Shown: one piece after another, positions 12,081 to 25,420 of the stretch | How the letters are laid out: each line of letters starts with the position of its first letter | Numbering within the stretch: the stretch's first letter is position 1 | NCBI RefSeq assembly: GCF_009914755.1 | Contig: NC_060926.1 | Direction: 5' to 3' (one strand) | DNA length: 64,000 nt | From: the human T2T-CHM13v2.0 reference genome, Homo sapiens | Position numbers and translations under genes: made by a program | Notes under the pieces: model-generated | The model's input: only the letters and a program-made list of their open reading frames with translations | The model's database searches: none | What the model was told of the DNA's origin: nothing

Positions 12081-15009
12081 CTCATAAAAAAAGAAAATCC
12101 TTTTAAAATATGGATCTCCTTTATCAATACTCATCCTTAAAAAAATTGATTCCTAGCTCATTAATTTCCACTTTTTATGTTCCAATATAAAGAATAAGAT
12201 GATAAATATCCCTTTAAGAACCTTTCAGCAGTAGCATATAAATTTTGATATTCGGTGTTTTGATTATGTTTGGGTTATATAGAGATTATTTTATTTCTGT
12301 TAGAAAATCTTTTGAATTTACAGGTGATTGTGCATTTTTTTCATTATCTCACTTTTTATGTTTTTTTCAGATTATAAAAGAATATTAATTTATTGTAGAA
12401 AATGTATTTTTAACATTGAAATATAAAGTTAAATTCATTTGGCATCCCCCCATTGTTAATATTTTGGGTTATTTATTTTCAGCTTTCTTTCTGTGCAAAA
12501 GGAAAGGTTTTAAACAGGGGAAAAAAGCGAATAGAGGGAGAATTCATTGAAAGGAAGAGAAAGTCTTTTCTTTTATGAATAAAATAAATTATCCCTTGCA
12601 GATGATGGTGGTAAATGGTAATAGAGGGCAGAGACTGAATATGTACAGTGAGACACATGGACTGTGCTCCTAGAATACGAAAAAAATCACATTTAGTTAC
12701 GTTTCACCGTGTGAAAGCAGTTTTGAAATTTTTTTTACTTATTTTAAGGCCCGGGATGGAAATACCATATCATTTTTCTTTCCCATCATTGTGGTTCCTG
12801 CAACAGCATAAACAACTTACCCTTGCTTAGCCCTTCAGAAACTATATTTCAGTCTAGGAAAGTGGAGCCCCAATCCCAAGTGTGGCAAATATCTGTTGTG
12901 CCTCCTCCTCAGCCAGGTAGGGACCTATTTTAGAGGCACAGTCCTCTCCATGCTTTAGAATTTAAAACAGATTATTTGCTTTTTCAAGTATAATAATGAC
13001 AGAAAAATGCTAGTATGTTGGCAGTTACTATAGTAACCGGGAACAACTTAACTTCTTTTAAATGGGAAATGGACATTTACCTCTAAGTTTTTGCTTCATT
13101 TTTGGAAGCCAAGATGCAGTCGTATGCTTTGTAAAGATTCCACACCTGAATGGTATACCATAAGTTGTGTGTGTTTGTGTGTGTGTGTAATTTGTGCATG
13201 CATACATATGCATAAATATTAACACAAAATCCATATGAGACACCAATCATAGCTCATTTTTGAACTAAATTACTTTCTGACAGACATGTGAAATTAATTG
13301 AAATGCAAACAATATCCAAGAGATAGATTTAACACATGGCTTCTTTTTATTATGATTTTATTTTTAACTTACAGGAAACAGTTCTTTCTCTTAAAGGACT
13401 AAAGGATGCTTGATAACTTTGAGTCATGGAAATGCATTTCTTTCAGAGAAAAAGAATGAACTCTCATTAGTGAAATGACTGTCAATATTTACATTATTCT
13501 GGGCAGCCTGAACTGGAGCACGGAGAATAAGGGTGAATGGGAAGAAGTCAGGTATTTTTAATCAGGACCAAAATAAACATCAAGAGACAACCTGAAATGT
13601 GAGATAAATCTGATAGCCAAGTATGTCCAATCTGAACCGTAGATGAACAGGCTGAGTACAGCAAAGTAATTTGCTTCTTGGAAAATGCACCTTGAAATAG
13701 ACAGCTTTATAATGTAGAATGATTGAAATACTTTGAAATTCCAGGCAAAGTCATAAAAATATTCCTGCTTTTAAAAAAATATTCCTGAGCAAATCTATCA
13801 TGGCATTTTAAGGAGTGCTGACTCCATAAATTCTGACTTTTATCAACAGCACTTCAATAATGTTCAGAAAATAAACTTCACAGGAAAAACTCGGGTGTTC
13901 AATTAGTGTTAAACGTTTTAGGGCAGAAACTGAGATAATGAAATTATGAGGACAACGGCAGCTTGACGTTTTGTGGCTCACAAGAGATTTATGCATTCCA
14001 ATATAACCTCAAGCTACGCGTATGGCATAATAAAAAAGAATGGATTCCTGACAGGGCAGGGAATTTGACTGTACTTGTCTTAATACTAGTTCTTTGTCTT
14101 AACGGAAAGACTAAAAAAACCCTGCCCCTAACTTACTTCCAGTACAAATTCAGGCTTTACTTCTCCCCAAACCCTCCACCATTATTACTCAGATGACATT
14201 TGAATGGAATATAGCTTCTTTCACAAGAATTATTTTCTTTTTAGTGCAAATTGCGTTAGGCTCACAGTGGGTCCTATGGAAATTGCTGGTCTAAAAAAGA
14301 AATCAGTAGAGAAATGCCTGGCCTCTGTACTAAACAAGGGCAAGTGCTCACCCTTGCACAAGGTTTCTAGAACTTTAGTGGGAGGCTAAAACCGAATCAG
14401 TGGTGGTAACAGTCTGTGACAGCATCATCTGGCTGTCCTCTTACCCTCCTTGCTAGCCCCGGCGTGGATATGTTTTTTTGGGGGTGGGTGTGGTCCATCT
14501 TGGAGTGCCCCTGTGGACCTTTTATGATTTCTTTCAAGGCCAATTAGGTTGGAGGACTGCTGGGAAAATTGCAAAGCCCTAGGAAACATTTCCATGTCTG
14601 ACTATCAGGCATCCCCTAGTAGTCTGCAAAAATTCAAGAACTGCATGCAGCCAGACGGCCGGAGGGCTTGTTCCTAGTGGACATCTGAAATGACTTAATA
14701 GAGTCCAAAATGATAATTTGGAAATGCTGGTTGACTTTTCTTTTGTTGGCTAAGTGTACTCTTCCAAGGTTAGGGGGTTGTGTCAATAAGCTAGGGTAGT
14801 GCCTTCGTTGTAGAAGATTACCCTTAGGTAGAAATTATCTCTTGATTACAGTGACCTTGTTAAAGTCTAGACTTCTCTTTTGAATAACTGTTACTATGCA
14901 AGATGAAGTTCACGTTCATATATTGATATGCATGGTCCATCATCCAAGCACAAGTTCTTATAGGGGTAGAGGAATTAAAATTTACCAGAGGCAAGTTCTC
15001 TGAAATTCT

Positions 15010-15224
15010 ACGTCGAATGAAGGTTTGGAGTCATGGAGACCTGGGTCTAGACCTGGCCCACCACTTGATCTTGGGAAAGTTATTTAACTTCTTTGAGCTT
15101 CAGTGTCCTCCTCTATAAATGGGGATAATGGCCACTTAAAATGATGGTTGTGAGGGTTAAATAAGGTTGAATATATAAAGTACTTAGCACAGTGGTTGGC
15201 ACATAGTAAAAATTCAATAAATGA
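15010..15224 (+). mobile_element. MIR SINE
   Basis: ttgggaaagttatttaacttctttgagcttcagtgtcctcctctataaatggggataatg...tggcacatagtaa. Confidence 0.85.
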
Positions 15225-15225
15225 C

Positions 15226-15380
15226 TTTTTTTTTTTTGAGACAGTCTCGCTCTGTTGCCCAGGCTGGAGTGCAGTGGTGCAATCATAGCTCACTGCAGCC
15301 TCAAACTCCTCAGCTTAAGTGATCTTCCTGCTGTGCATCCCCTCAAAGTGCTGGAATTACAGGTGTGAGCCACTGCACCT
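15226..15380 (-). mobile_element. Fossil Alu monomer (FAM-like)
   Basis: Poly-T, gagacagtctcgctctgttgcccaggctggagtgcagtgg...aaagtgctggaattacaggtgtgagccactgcacc; single arm. Confidence 0.85.
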
Positions 15381-15699
15381 ACCTGCATCTTCTGTTGTGA
15401 AACTTAGTTGAAAGGATAATCTTTAGAATCAGCAGCTGGCAATGGTAATGCACATATCCATAAAACTCTTCACTCTTCCTGGAAAGTGATGGTGGGGTAC
15501 CTCCTCTACCTCTCCTGAGTTCTTTTTCTCCCCAGCAACTATGCATCCAGGATCCCACTTTCAGTGTCAGGCTTTTAATAAAGATAGGAAGAGGCATATA
15601 ATGACAGACATGAAAAGAATCTCAAGAGACCATTCTGCTTCTAGAAATATAAAAGACAATAATAATGGCTACCTTCCTATATGATAGGAAACCTAACTG

Positions 15700-15880
15700 C
15701 ATTAAATCTCATGGAAGCTTCTCAACAACAGATAAGTCTCACTGTATCCCCATTTTACAGCTGAAGAAACTGAGGCATAGAGAGGTTATCAGGCAGCTCA
15801 TGGAAAAATGTAGCACTCAATCCCAGGTTCACCTGAAAGCAAAACCCATTGTCTCAATCATGGTATAATACTGCCTTGTA
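15700..15880 (-). mobile_element. MIR SINE
   Basis: atccccattttacagctgaagaaactgaggcatagagaggtta. Confidence 0.75.
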
Positions 15881-15917
15881 GCAATCTAGATAGCTATCCA
15901 TTTCCTTTTGAAATATC

Positions 15918-16208
15918 TTTTTTTTTTTTTTTTTAGATGAAGTCTTGCTCTGTCACCCAGGCTAGGGTGCAATGGCACGATCTTGGCTCACTGCAACCTC
16001 CCAGATTCAAGCCATTCTCCTGCCTCAGCCTCCCGTGTAACTGGGGTTACAGGTGCATGCCACCACACCCAGCTAATTTTGTATTTTTTGGTAGAGATGG
16101 TGTTTCGCCATGTTGGCCAGGCTGGTCTCTAACTCCTGACCTCAGGTGATCCACCTGCCTTGGCCTCCCAAAGTACTGGGATTACAGGCATGAGCTACTG
16201 CACCTGCC
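15918..16208 (-). mobile_element. AluS element
   Basis: Full dimer; 18-bp TSD tccttttgaaatatcttt (15903-15920) / tccttctgaaatatcttt (16209-16226). Confidence 0.96.
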
Positions 16209-16479
16209 TCCTTCTGAAATATCTTTAAGGATGGGAGAGGCAGCTTCGTATTAGACACCTTTACAATCAAGAAGACTTCCTTGTATTTAGTTGTGATTTT
16301 CATCCCTATGTGGTTCATTTGTTTTGATAGGTAGTCTATAGAAATTGGAATCGCGAAAACTTAGTGTGTTCCTGATCATAGCAACTGTTTTCAATTACAT
16401 GAATTTAAGCCACCTATTAGTCTCCTTTTCTACCAGTGAAATTATTCCCAATACTTCAGTATATAAGGCAGAATGTAGG

Positions 16480-16830
16480 AAAATAGGTGGTACCTCGAAG
16501 GCAAGGAGGCCAAAGAAAGCCTCGCGAGAATAATTTTGACTCAATCCAGCAGGGGGCACCCTCGCATCAGTGTGGGTAACCCCTAGGGTGTCCTGATCAG
16601 GGAGAAGCAAGCAGGTATTTGTATCTCCAGACCTGTCAGTCATTGGTTAAGGATTGCCCCAATGGGGACATAAATTTCCAAGCACTTTGAGCTGTCCATG
16701 TGCACAAAGCAGGCTCATTCAGCCTAAGGGCAGCCCCCAAAGAGATGCAGGTGCCGGCAATTGGGAGCTGGTGTACTTAAAAATGGAAAGACATCTGAAG
16801 GGTTAGGGGCCAATCGGGGACAGCGCCTGC
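16480..16830 (-). mobile_element. Old ERVL solo LTR fragment (LTR41/LTR33-like)
   Basis: gcaggtatttgtatctccagacctgtcagtcattggttaaggattgcccc...cataaatttccaagcactt resembles the LTR33/41 core. Confidence 0.6.
16546..16559 (+). promoter_or_regulatory. Candidate CTCF binding site
   Basis: ccagcagggggcac fits the core consensus CCASYAGRKGGCRS at all 14 positions; AP-1 tgactca lies at 16537-16543. Confidence 0.6.
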
Positions 16831-16974
16831 CATGCTCACTAATGCTGGGACAGTAAAAGGATTTCCTCCTGATGTGGGCATTTCACATTCTGTTCATACT
16901 ACCCACGGCTGCATTTACTTTCTCTCCTCTCAAGCAAAGAAGAATCCTGCCTCTATTACAGAAACAGCAGAGTA

Positions 16975-17190
16975 GGGTTGGAAGACCATGAGTTTTGTGG
17001 CAGAGTCATTGGGTCATAATCTGGCACTTCCTAGCTGTGTGATCTTGGGCAAGTTGCTTCATATCCTGAGACCTCAATCTCCTCATCTGTTGATTAGTGA
17101 TACAGCACTTACCACATAGGGTTGTTTTAAGGATGAGTTACAGAATGTATATAAAGTGCCTAGCAGAGCCCAGCACATAGCAAATACACA
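16975..17190 (+). mobile_element. MIR SINE
   Basis: cacttcctagctgtgtgatcttgggcaagttgctt...cctcaatctcctcatctgt. Confidence 0.85.
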
Positions 17191-19589
17191 GAAAACTTTC
17201 TTTTACTTCTATTGCCTTCTCCCCAAACTACCACAAAGGAAAACAGATAAGATGCTTCTTTTAAATAATCTCCAACACTGTCAAATTAGAGAACACCATT
17301 ATTGAAGAGGCAGCTTCTGAGTGTCCCTACCAGAAATACATTACCCTGCATGGAAACAGTAAGTCACTGTTGAGCATATAGGTATAACATTTTTTTTTCT
17401 TGACTTGTGTCAAAATTGATCATTGAGCCCAAGATCAAAAACACTTCCAAAAGGTCACCCATATTCCACAATGCTGCGGAATGCTCCTATGTGCAGGCAG
17501 ACCAATTTTACAACATGGGCTGCAGACATAGAAAGACTCTTGTCATTAGCTAAGAAGCCGCATGCTGCCACATGCCAGGGCCTCCAACAATGGAGGTCTG
17601 CACGTGTCTTCCTCAAACCAGGAGCTGATTTTTCTTTCCCTTGATAGAGCATGGCTGTCAAGGCTGCTCATGAAGTGTTTTCTAATTTGAAAATAACAGC
17701 ATGACCTCGTAACTGTTAGTAGCCTTATTGGTTAGCATCGTGTAGAGAAAACACAAATGAAAATGTTACTTTGTAAGTGCCTGCCATGATTAAATGCAAG
17801 AAGAAAAGGGCTCCTACAGACTATAACCATTTCAGTGGCTGTTTACCCACTGGATCCAATCTTGACCAGAGGATCCACGGGCTCAGTTTTTATTGAGTCT
17901 AAAGTGCGTCCTGATCCCAACATACTCTTTCTGGAACAGATAAAAGAGACTTGCAAGTAATAGCTTTGCTTGGTCAAATCCAATAATTTTATGGTTAGAA
18001 CATGTTAATTTCTGTCTTTGCTTTTTGTACATAAACTCATAATCTTGCACTGTATTAATGCATAACACACACACACACACACACCCCTCCTTTCCTCATT
18101 GCACATTCATTTTGTCCCTTCTATTTTACATGCACTACATGCAGGTCTTCCTGGGCACTTATCATGTAAGTACATACATACATATGAATGAGTCCTGCAA
18201 AGCGATCCTCATTCTATCATTTTTCTCCAAGTTGGGTAATCAGAATAGCCCCATGCTCTCATCTCACAAGTTGCCAGAAATTATGTTCACTTATGGCTCA
18301 CTGTGGGGTCTCGAATCTTCCTCCGTGTGCACATGTTCCTCTCACTGATGCTAATGGAAGTTATGCATGCATGTTATGGGGAGAAAGAGCCCTGTGGATG
18401 CTCTCTCCCACATACAGATTGAAAGGCTGGACTGAAAACCAAAATATCACTTTACTGTTTATTTTTATCACACCAGTTTTTATTAACCAGATCTCATATG
18501 ATGATGTCCAGGCATCTCACCAGCATGATTATGCTGATGGAGAACATGTGTAGCTAATCTCCTGTCCTCTGATTCATAGACTGGGCTTGAGAAAGCTGGA
18601 ATGTGGGCAAGACTTCTGAGCCTTCCACATCCACAGTGAATGTGGAATTGTAAAGATCAGTTTTAGATTATTTGGCCCACACTGGGATTTTCTCTGTAAT
18701 TGATGAGGATCATAAGGGACTTTTTGCTGGAAAATTGCAAAGATCTCAGTGCGTCCTCAAAAAGCCTCTTGTACTTCCACAGTCCTGAGAGGAACAGTTT
18801 CCAAAAGGAAACTATAAAATATGTTCACTAACTTTTCCCTCTGAATGAATTTTAAAAATATTTTTTCACTTTGTCTCTCTCCCCTCAAAAGTTGAAGTAA
18901 CACTTAAACAAGCTGAACTTTTTGTAGTAGAAAATTTGATCACTAACATGGTCTCAAGAGTATAGATTATTAAATCATTCAACCAATTAAAGAAAATCAA
19001 TAACTTCTTGATTTACCTCTAAGTTCCCTAAACACTCACATCCCATAATACTACCAGTATTCAAGCTACTAAGGATACTCTGTTTATTGCTTTTCGAGGA
19101 AGACACTTAAACAGCTGTGCATAATATGGAAAAAGATCCCTTTCTAGTCAGGTGGGAGTTATTTGTATTTCTATCTCAATGTATGATTAAATATGATTAA
19201 AGATATTGTGTTGTAATAAGGTAACCTTGAAAAGTCACCTTGGGGGAAACTATAGCTGATGGATTCATTAGTTTAAATGTAGGAAATGGATGCAGCTGGT
19301 AAGCTGAATCCAACGAGTGAAAAATGGTAACAGTGGTCACTTCAGCGGATGGAAGGCTTTGTGACAAATTCTGCATTTGTAGCCAAGCACAGGGGTGAGG
19401 AGAGTGGTTGTGTGCAGCAGCTTCAGTAGGAAAACTAAGAAAATATTAATAGCAGAGTCAAAAGCCTAGAGAAGGACCTATGTGAGGGACTGAAGTGAAT
19501 AACAGTTTAAGAGCAAGCCCAAGAATCAAGGCTCTCCTGGGCCCAAAGAGGGCAGCGGCCATGGATGAGCTGAGTATGCACTCATAGCA

Positions 19590-19850
19590 CAGCAAACATT
19601 TATGGAGTGCTTATACTACGCACGGTACCTTGTCCAGGCATTTTACATCAGCCTGTTTAATTCTTAAAATAACTCTCAGATTTAGGTATTACTGGTTGTC
19701 ATCCCTTTGTTCCAAGCGAGAAAACTGAGGTTTGGAGAAGATGTGAAGAACTTTCCCAAGGTCACAGAGCTAATAATAGGCATGTGCATAGCTGATTCAA
19801 ATTCAGGTAGGTTGATTTCAGGACCTTTCTTTTTACTACTCTGCAGTAGG
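19590..19850 (-). mobile_element. MIR SINE
   Basis: gagaaaactgaggtttggagaagatgtgaagaactttcccaaggtcacagagctaata. Confidence 0.8.
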
Positions 19851-20379
19851 ACTTCATTGATTCAAAGGGATAAAATGGCAGCACTAACTTTACTATATAG
19901 AAGCTCTAGAAATAAATCCTGTAAAGGAACATAGCACAATAAGGCAGGGACAACATAATTTTGTGTGCCTTGGAATCATCTATTTTGCACATCAAGGTGT
20001 CAAAAGAGAGGCAGCTGTGATGTACTAAGAAAGTTGGGCTTGTGCACTGTTCAGCTTACCCAGCATAGTGCCTGGTGTCAGCATGTTCTCATTTAGACAC
20101 TTTTATATACGACTCTGGGAAGTGGGCATTATGGTCTTTATAACTGGAAAGTGGCAGAGCCAGACCCCAAGAGATCTCAAGACTGACTAGAGGGCCTTAG
20201 GGAACAACGACAGAAGGGCATATCTTGAGACCTGGCTACAGTAGCCTGAGTAAAGAAAGAGGTAATGTGAAGCCCACGTGTGAGACCCCGAAAGGAAGTC
20301 ACTCTTCTCCTTCAAGAGCAAGGGATCAAGGCATGACTAGGAAGGTGATCAGCAGATTCAGACTTCAGGTTGTTGCCAA

Positions 20380-21728
20380 CTTCTAGATCCTTTGAGCACT
20401 CTTCTTTTTTCAGGCTGTACTCACTCCCTAGGTAGTTTCCTCTTGTTCCATGATTCAATGCTATCTCTATACTGATATCTACAAGATTTATATATCTAGC
20501 CATAATCTTTCCCTTGCCTGCATAATGTCAACTTATATAACATATATAATACAAAATGCCTAACAAGCATCTCAAAAATTTTCTCATCTAAAACTGGACT
20601 CCTGATTCTAATGTCCCCTACCCCAAACCTATACCTCACTAGGTCTTCCCACTTTTGGTCACTAGTGCAACGTCCATTCAATTGCTCATTTCATAAACCT
20701 AGGCAGCTTCATCAGTTCTTTTCATGTACCTCTCCTCCTCCCATTCAGTCTGTTAGTAAGTTCTGTGAGATATGTCTTCAAAATACCATGTATCAGTGGT
20801 TGCCAAAATTGTCTGCATGTTGAAATCACCTGGGGAGCCTTAAAAATTGATACCTGTGTCCCACTCTCAGTGACTGTGATTTTATTGGTCTGGGGTATGG
20901 CTTGGGTTTTGGAAAATTTACAAAATCTCCACCCTAGTTGATTGTAATGTGCAGATAAGTTTGGTAGCCATTGACGTATATCTCAAATCATTATACCATG
21001 TACCTCTTCATCTCTACTGCTTGAATAATTGCAGTACCTTCTAACTGATTGCTCAGTTTTTTCACTCTTTCCACCCATCATCCATTTTCTACATGGATGC
21101 TAGAGTGAATTTTTAAAATAGGTCATAGTAAGTCACCTCTCAGTTTAAAACATCCTAGGGATTTTTGTTGCGGTAAATTTAAAACCCTTTATTAAGCCTT
21201 CAAGGTGCTATAGGATTTGGTTCCTTTGTTCCCCTCTGACTGCAGCTTTTGCACCTACTTTCATTCTTGCTCTGTTATATCCACAGCAGCCTTCTTTTTG
21301 GGTTCTCTAACATGCCAATCTTATTCCCATTTCAGAGCTTTTGCATTTTTCTTCCTTCCGTCTGAAGCCTCTTCTCCCAAGTTTTCGCATTGCTAACTTC
21401 CTTGTCATTTAGATATCTGCCTGCCTATAATTTCCTCAGAAAAGCCTTACATAAAACAGTATCCTCCATTCCCATCATTTACTCTCATATTTTCCTCTTC
21501 ATTTTCTTTATAGCGCTGCGTTAACACATTTGTTCTGTCTCTCTATGGGGTGTGTGTGTGTGTGTGGTATGTGCGTGTGTGTGTGCTAGATCTACATCCC
21601 ACTATTAAATCAGAAGCTTGATGAAAGCATGGCCTTTGTTTTTTTTCTTTTTTGTTTATTTCTGTGTTGTCAGTATTTAGTACAGTTCCTGCCTTGTAGT
21701 GGTTTCTTATTAATATGTGTTGACTGAC
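20380..21728 (+). mobile_element. L2 LINE 3' region
   Basis: Typical pyrimidine-rich L2 sequence (atgcctaacaagcatctcaaa...ttcccatttcagagcttttgcatt) ending in an L2-type tail taatatgtgttgactgact. Confidence 0.75.
20794..20973. mobile_element. MER5A-type element nested in L2
   Basis: cagtggttgccaaaatt...gaaatcacctggggagcctt...tggtctggggtatggcttggg...gtagccattg. Confidence 0.8.
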
Positions 21729-21969
21729 TATCTGAAGGACTAAATATAGTATTCAGAAAGATGGCTCTGTCCTGGAGCTTATATCATTCAAGATTTGTGA
21801 TTCAGACAATCGTGCTAGGACATGGTGCTTATGTCCATCAGTAGAAGGGCAAGTTAAGACCCCACATCTGATTTCTATGTTTTCTTTCTCGTGAGGAATG
21901 TCCTTAAATCTTTTATGGGACTCATGTGTGGGAACTGGTTAGGGAATAGATGAATAGAAAATTATAGGA

Positions 21970-22320
21970 TGTATTAGACAGAATAGTCAGTTTTTGCTGA
22001 GGTAACAAATAGCACCAACATTTCTAGTGGCTTAACACAATGAAAAAGTTCATTTCTGACTCACACGAAGTATGCTGTGGGTCTGGGCAACTCTACAGGA
22101 AGCTCTCCTCCTTCATATTGACAGCTCACCATTCCAGACTACTTTGCTTTTGAGACAGCTGCCTATCAACATGGCCACAAGAGAGAAGTTAGACAATTGC
22201 ACACCAATTCTTAAGTACTTTTGTTTACATTGACTGGCCAAAACAAGTCATGAGATACTCCCAGAGGAGAGGAAAATTATAAATCTTGGTGAGTGAGTAG
22301 GCATGTCCACCACAGCAGGT
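21970..22320 (-). mobile_element. Old MaLR LTR (MLT1J/K-like)
   Basis: tgctgaggtaacaaat...ctagtggcttaacacaa...acattgactggccaaaacaagtcatg. Confidence 0.7.
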
Positions 22321-22587
22321 ACAGGTCAGGGTGGGGCAAAGAAAAGAAACAAGGAGGAAGCATTTGTAATGTATGAGCCTGGTGAAGTGCTGCAGTCTCC
22401 ACTTCTGGTCAATGCTAGGAATGTAGTGGTGACACTGCATTTCTGAAACCAGATAAAAATAACAGAAACAAGAAGCTCTAGTAGAAATCGGGTTTGACAG
22501 CAGTCATTCCACATACCTGTCCATTATTTTTCACATTCCTTAGATTTCAGGCATTAAGATCGTAAATGCTCAGTCCTTTAGAGAGCC

Positions 22588-22670
22588 AGTTAGCTTTGTG
22601 AAGGGAAGATATTTTAGTTAGCTTTGTGAAGGGAAGATATTTTAGTTAGCTTTGTGAAGGGAAGATATTT
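22588..22670. repeat. 28-bp tandem repeat, 3 perfect copies
   Basis: agttagctttgtgaagggaagatatttt at 22588 and 22616, and 27 of 28 nt at 22644. Confidence 0.97.
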
Positions 22671-25265
22671 GCGGCCTCCTGACTTATAAATCCATTTTTC
22701 TACTCATTGGGTAACTGTACCAAGCTTTCCCCAAAAAGCATACTATGTACAGCAGAAAAACAAACCAAATAGACTCTTATCAGACTTCTCAGAAAAGTCC
22801 CAAACCTTAGTGGCCTCAAAATTGAATTATTACAATGTTTGTGATCAGGGTCTCCCTTGATCCAGCAGTTGATAATTCAGGATGCAGTTGAACCGTAACC
22901 TAATTGGCATGCCATATAAAGGTTGTTATATCTGTGTTTGAAGACTAAACTTACTGTCATCTTGATCCAGGTGCAGTTCAACTCAATAACTTTGATCTTT
23001 CAACTCACTTAATTTTATAGACTAGTTTCTTCCTTGGTCCTACTTAAATATTGAAATAAACAAAGGACCCTTGGCTGCCAATATTACCTGGAAACCTTAG
23101 GATGTACTTTAATCAAAGTAAATGGCTTTGGAATCACGATTCTCAAACAGAAGTCTACATTTTCTGAGCATTCTCATGGCTCAGGGCAAAATTTTTCTGT
23201 CTCTTAGGTCCGCATAATTATTACAATATCAGAAAATGTTCACTTGGTGACTTACTTTAAAGTTACTTGAAAGATATAGGCAAATGAAAAGAGAAGAAAA
23301 CGATGACAGCGATGGTTTCAAGATGATAAACTACTGTTTGGGTAGCATTAGCTTTGGCAGCCACAGGAATGTCATTTAGTGAATTAATTCACCTATTCAG
23401 TGCTGCCTTGAAAAGGAGCACAGTTTCCAGTATCCATTCTTCACCCCAGGAACATGTTCCTTACCCAGCAAGATGAGCTGCCCTGAGACAACCAACATCT
23501 TTTTGTATCTATAAAAGACTAGGTTGAACTATGATGTTGAGAATATTCTGTTCTACTTCAATATCTACCTGGATGTTTCAAAGACATAATGAACACTGAA
23601 GGATGCTTCTCATGTATATCCTACATATTTCCTATTGCAGTAAGCTGTGTCTCATTCATCCAAGTATCCCTTGTGCCTAATGCATTGTTTCATATATGTT
23701 TATGGAATGAATGAATGAATGAATATAGATTTTGATGATATCGAAACTCCATGATATTATAACTCTTTATTCTGGAAATATTAACGGTGTTATTATAGTC
23801 ATTTGCAGACTGGTAGAACAAGATGATCTAAAGTTAGTTTCCTGGCTTTTTTCTCAGTGGCTTCCTAACCCTTAAGTGCTTTTACATGCAATTGTTTGTG
23901 TGGATCTGTAAATGCAGAGTATGCATACATTCCTGTATTTGTTTTATAGCTTCCTACTCGAGAGATAAACTGTATTTTCTCTGTAAGATACAGAAAATTT
24001 TCATACTGGTGTTGTGTAGTGCCAAACACAGCAAGCATAGGTGCACCATGTATTTTTTTTCCCTGCTGAATGGTATATTTTGAAATGTGTTTAAAAAGAA
24101 ATACATCTATAAATATGCATAAGTGTAAACTTTCTAAAGTCTAGTTTTTGTGTCTATATTTGTTTCTTTGTAATTTATGTGTATGTATCATAATGTGCAA
24201 TTCAATTAGAAATAAATAGTTGAGGAAATAAGAGAAATAAGAAAATAAGAGCAGTTGGGGGGAAAAAGATAACACTATCAAAGAGGCTGGAGCACAAACA
24301 TATGTCATGAGGTACTACTAACTTGCTCCAAGCTCTTTAATAGGCAATGTATAAAGTGGAATTCAATCCTCCTACACTTTATAAGATAAAACTAGGTGAT
24401 CAGGAGTGGCCTAGCTATTCCTGGCACTGAAGCCTGAAAGAAACTAGTCACATAGGTCCTCAAAGAGGAGACATTGTGCAATCTAGTTGATAATACCTTC
24501 AACAACATCCTCATAGATGATACAATGAGCTTCACAAGTCTGCTTCTGATAACGCCCCTCCTTTTAGGCTGGTGACATTGAACTTAATGTTAAAGCAATC
24601 CAACAGAGGACCAATTTGATGAGGTCTTAGGGAACAACTTTCTGACATCTAGCTTAATCTCAAGATAGATTTTTAAAGAGTCAGAGGCATGAGTGGACAC
24701 CAGGACACTTCCATAAATTGTTTCTTCCAATTAAGCTTTGGGTAACTATTGGCTGACACTGAGTTCAAGGTGATACTGTTATTCATAAGGGGAATGACCT
24801 TGGGAGCCATGGACTCCTGAGATCTCGGGAAATGTTGTAAAGATAGAGATGAATCAGACTCAGGGATTCTAGAAAACTTGCTGTTGGATGTCCTCCAGGA
24901 TCAAATATAACATGTGACTCAAATATAGCTCTATTTATGTAAAAAAAATTCAGTGTAGAAAAGAACAGTCAATATAGTATCCACTGAATAACTTTTAAAC
25001 TTCTTTTTTTTGTTGTTTAGGAACATACACAAATCATAAGTAGATGCACTGAAAATTATAGGGGATTAATTAGAAAAATGAAGATCTAAAAAAACAGAAT
25101 TTGGTAACTTACTTTTACTGATTCTGAGATCAAGATTACTTAGCTAAAACATGAATTCAGAGTCAGTAGATTCACAATAGAAGCCCAAAGATTTATAGTT
25201 GATGAAATAATCTAATCTCTGAAGCCATAACCCAGAAGAAAATTGTGTTCTAAATGGGTAACATT

Positions 25266-25420
25266 CATTTTATTTTTTATTTTATTTTATTTCTTAGAGA
25301 CAAGATCTCACTGCATTCCCCAGCCTGCTGTGGTGTGATTATGGTTCATTGTAACCTCACACTCCTGGGCTCAAGCGATCCTCCCACAAAATGCTAAGAT
25401 TACAGCCGAGACCCAGCAAT
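25266..25420 (-). mobile_element. Degenerate Alu monomer (FAM-like)
   Basis: (TTTTA)n, gagacaagatctcactg...ctcctgggctcaagcgatcctccc. Confidence 0.75.

Noticed and set aside
17340-17366. gtaagt donor-like site on the plus strand
   Set aside because: No good upstream acceptor or recognisable coding frame; such hexamers are expected by chance
22588-22670. 28-bp direct repeats of CRISPR-like length
   Set aside because: Head-to-tail with no spacers, no cas genes, and primate genomic context
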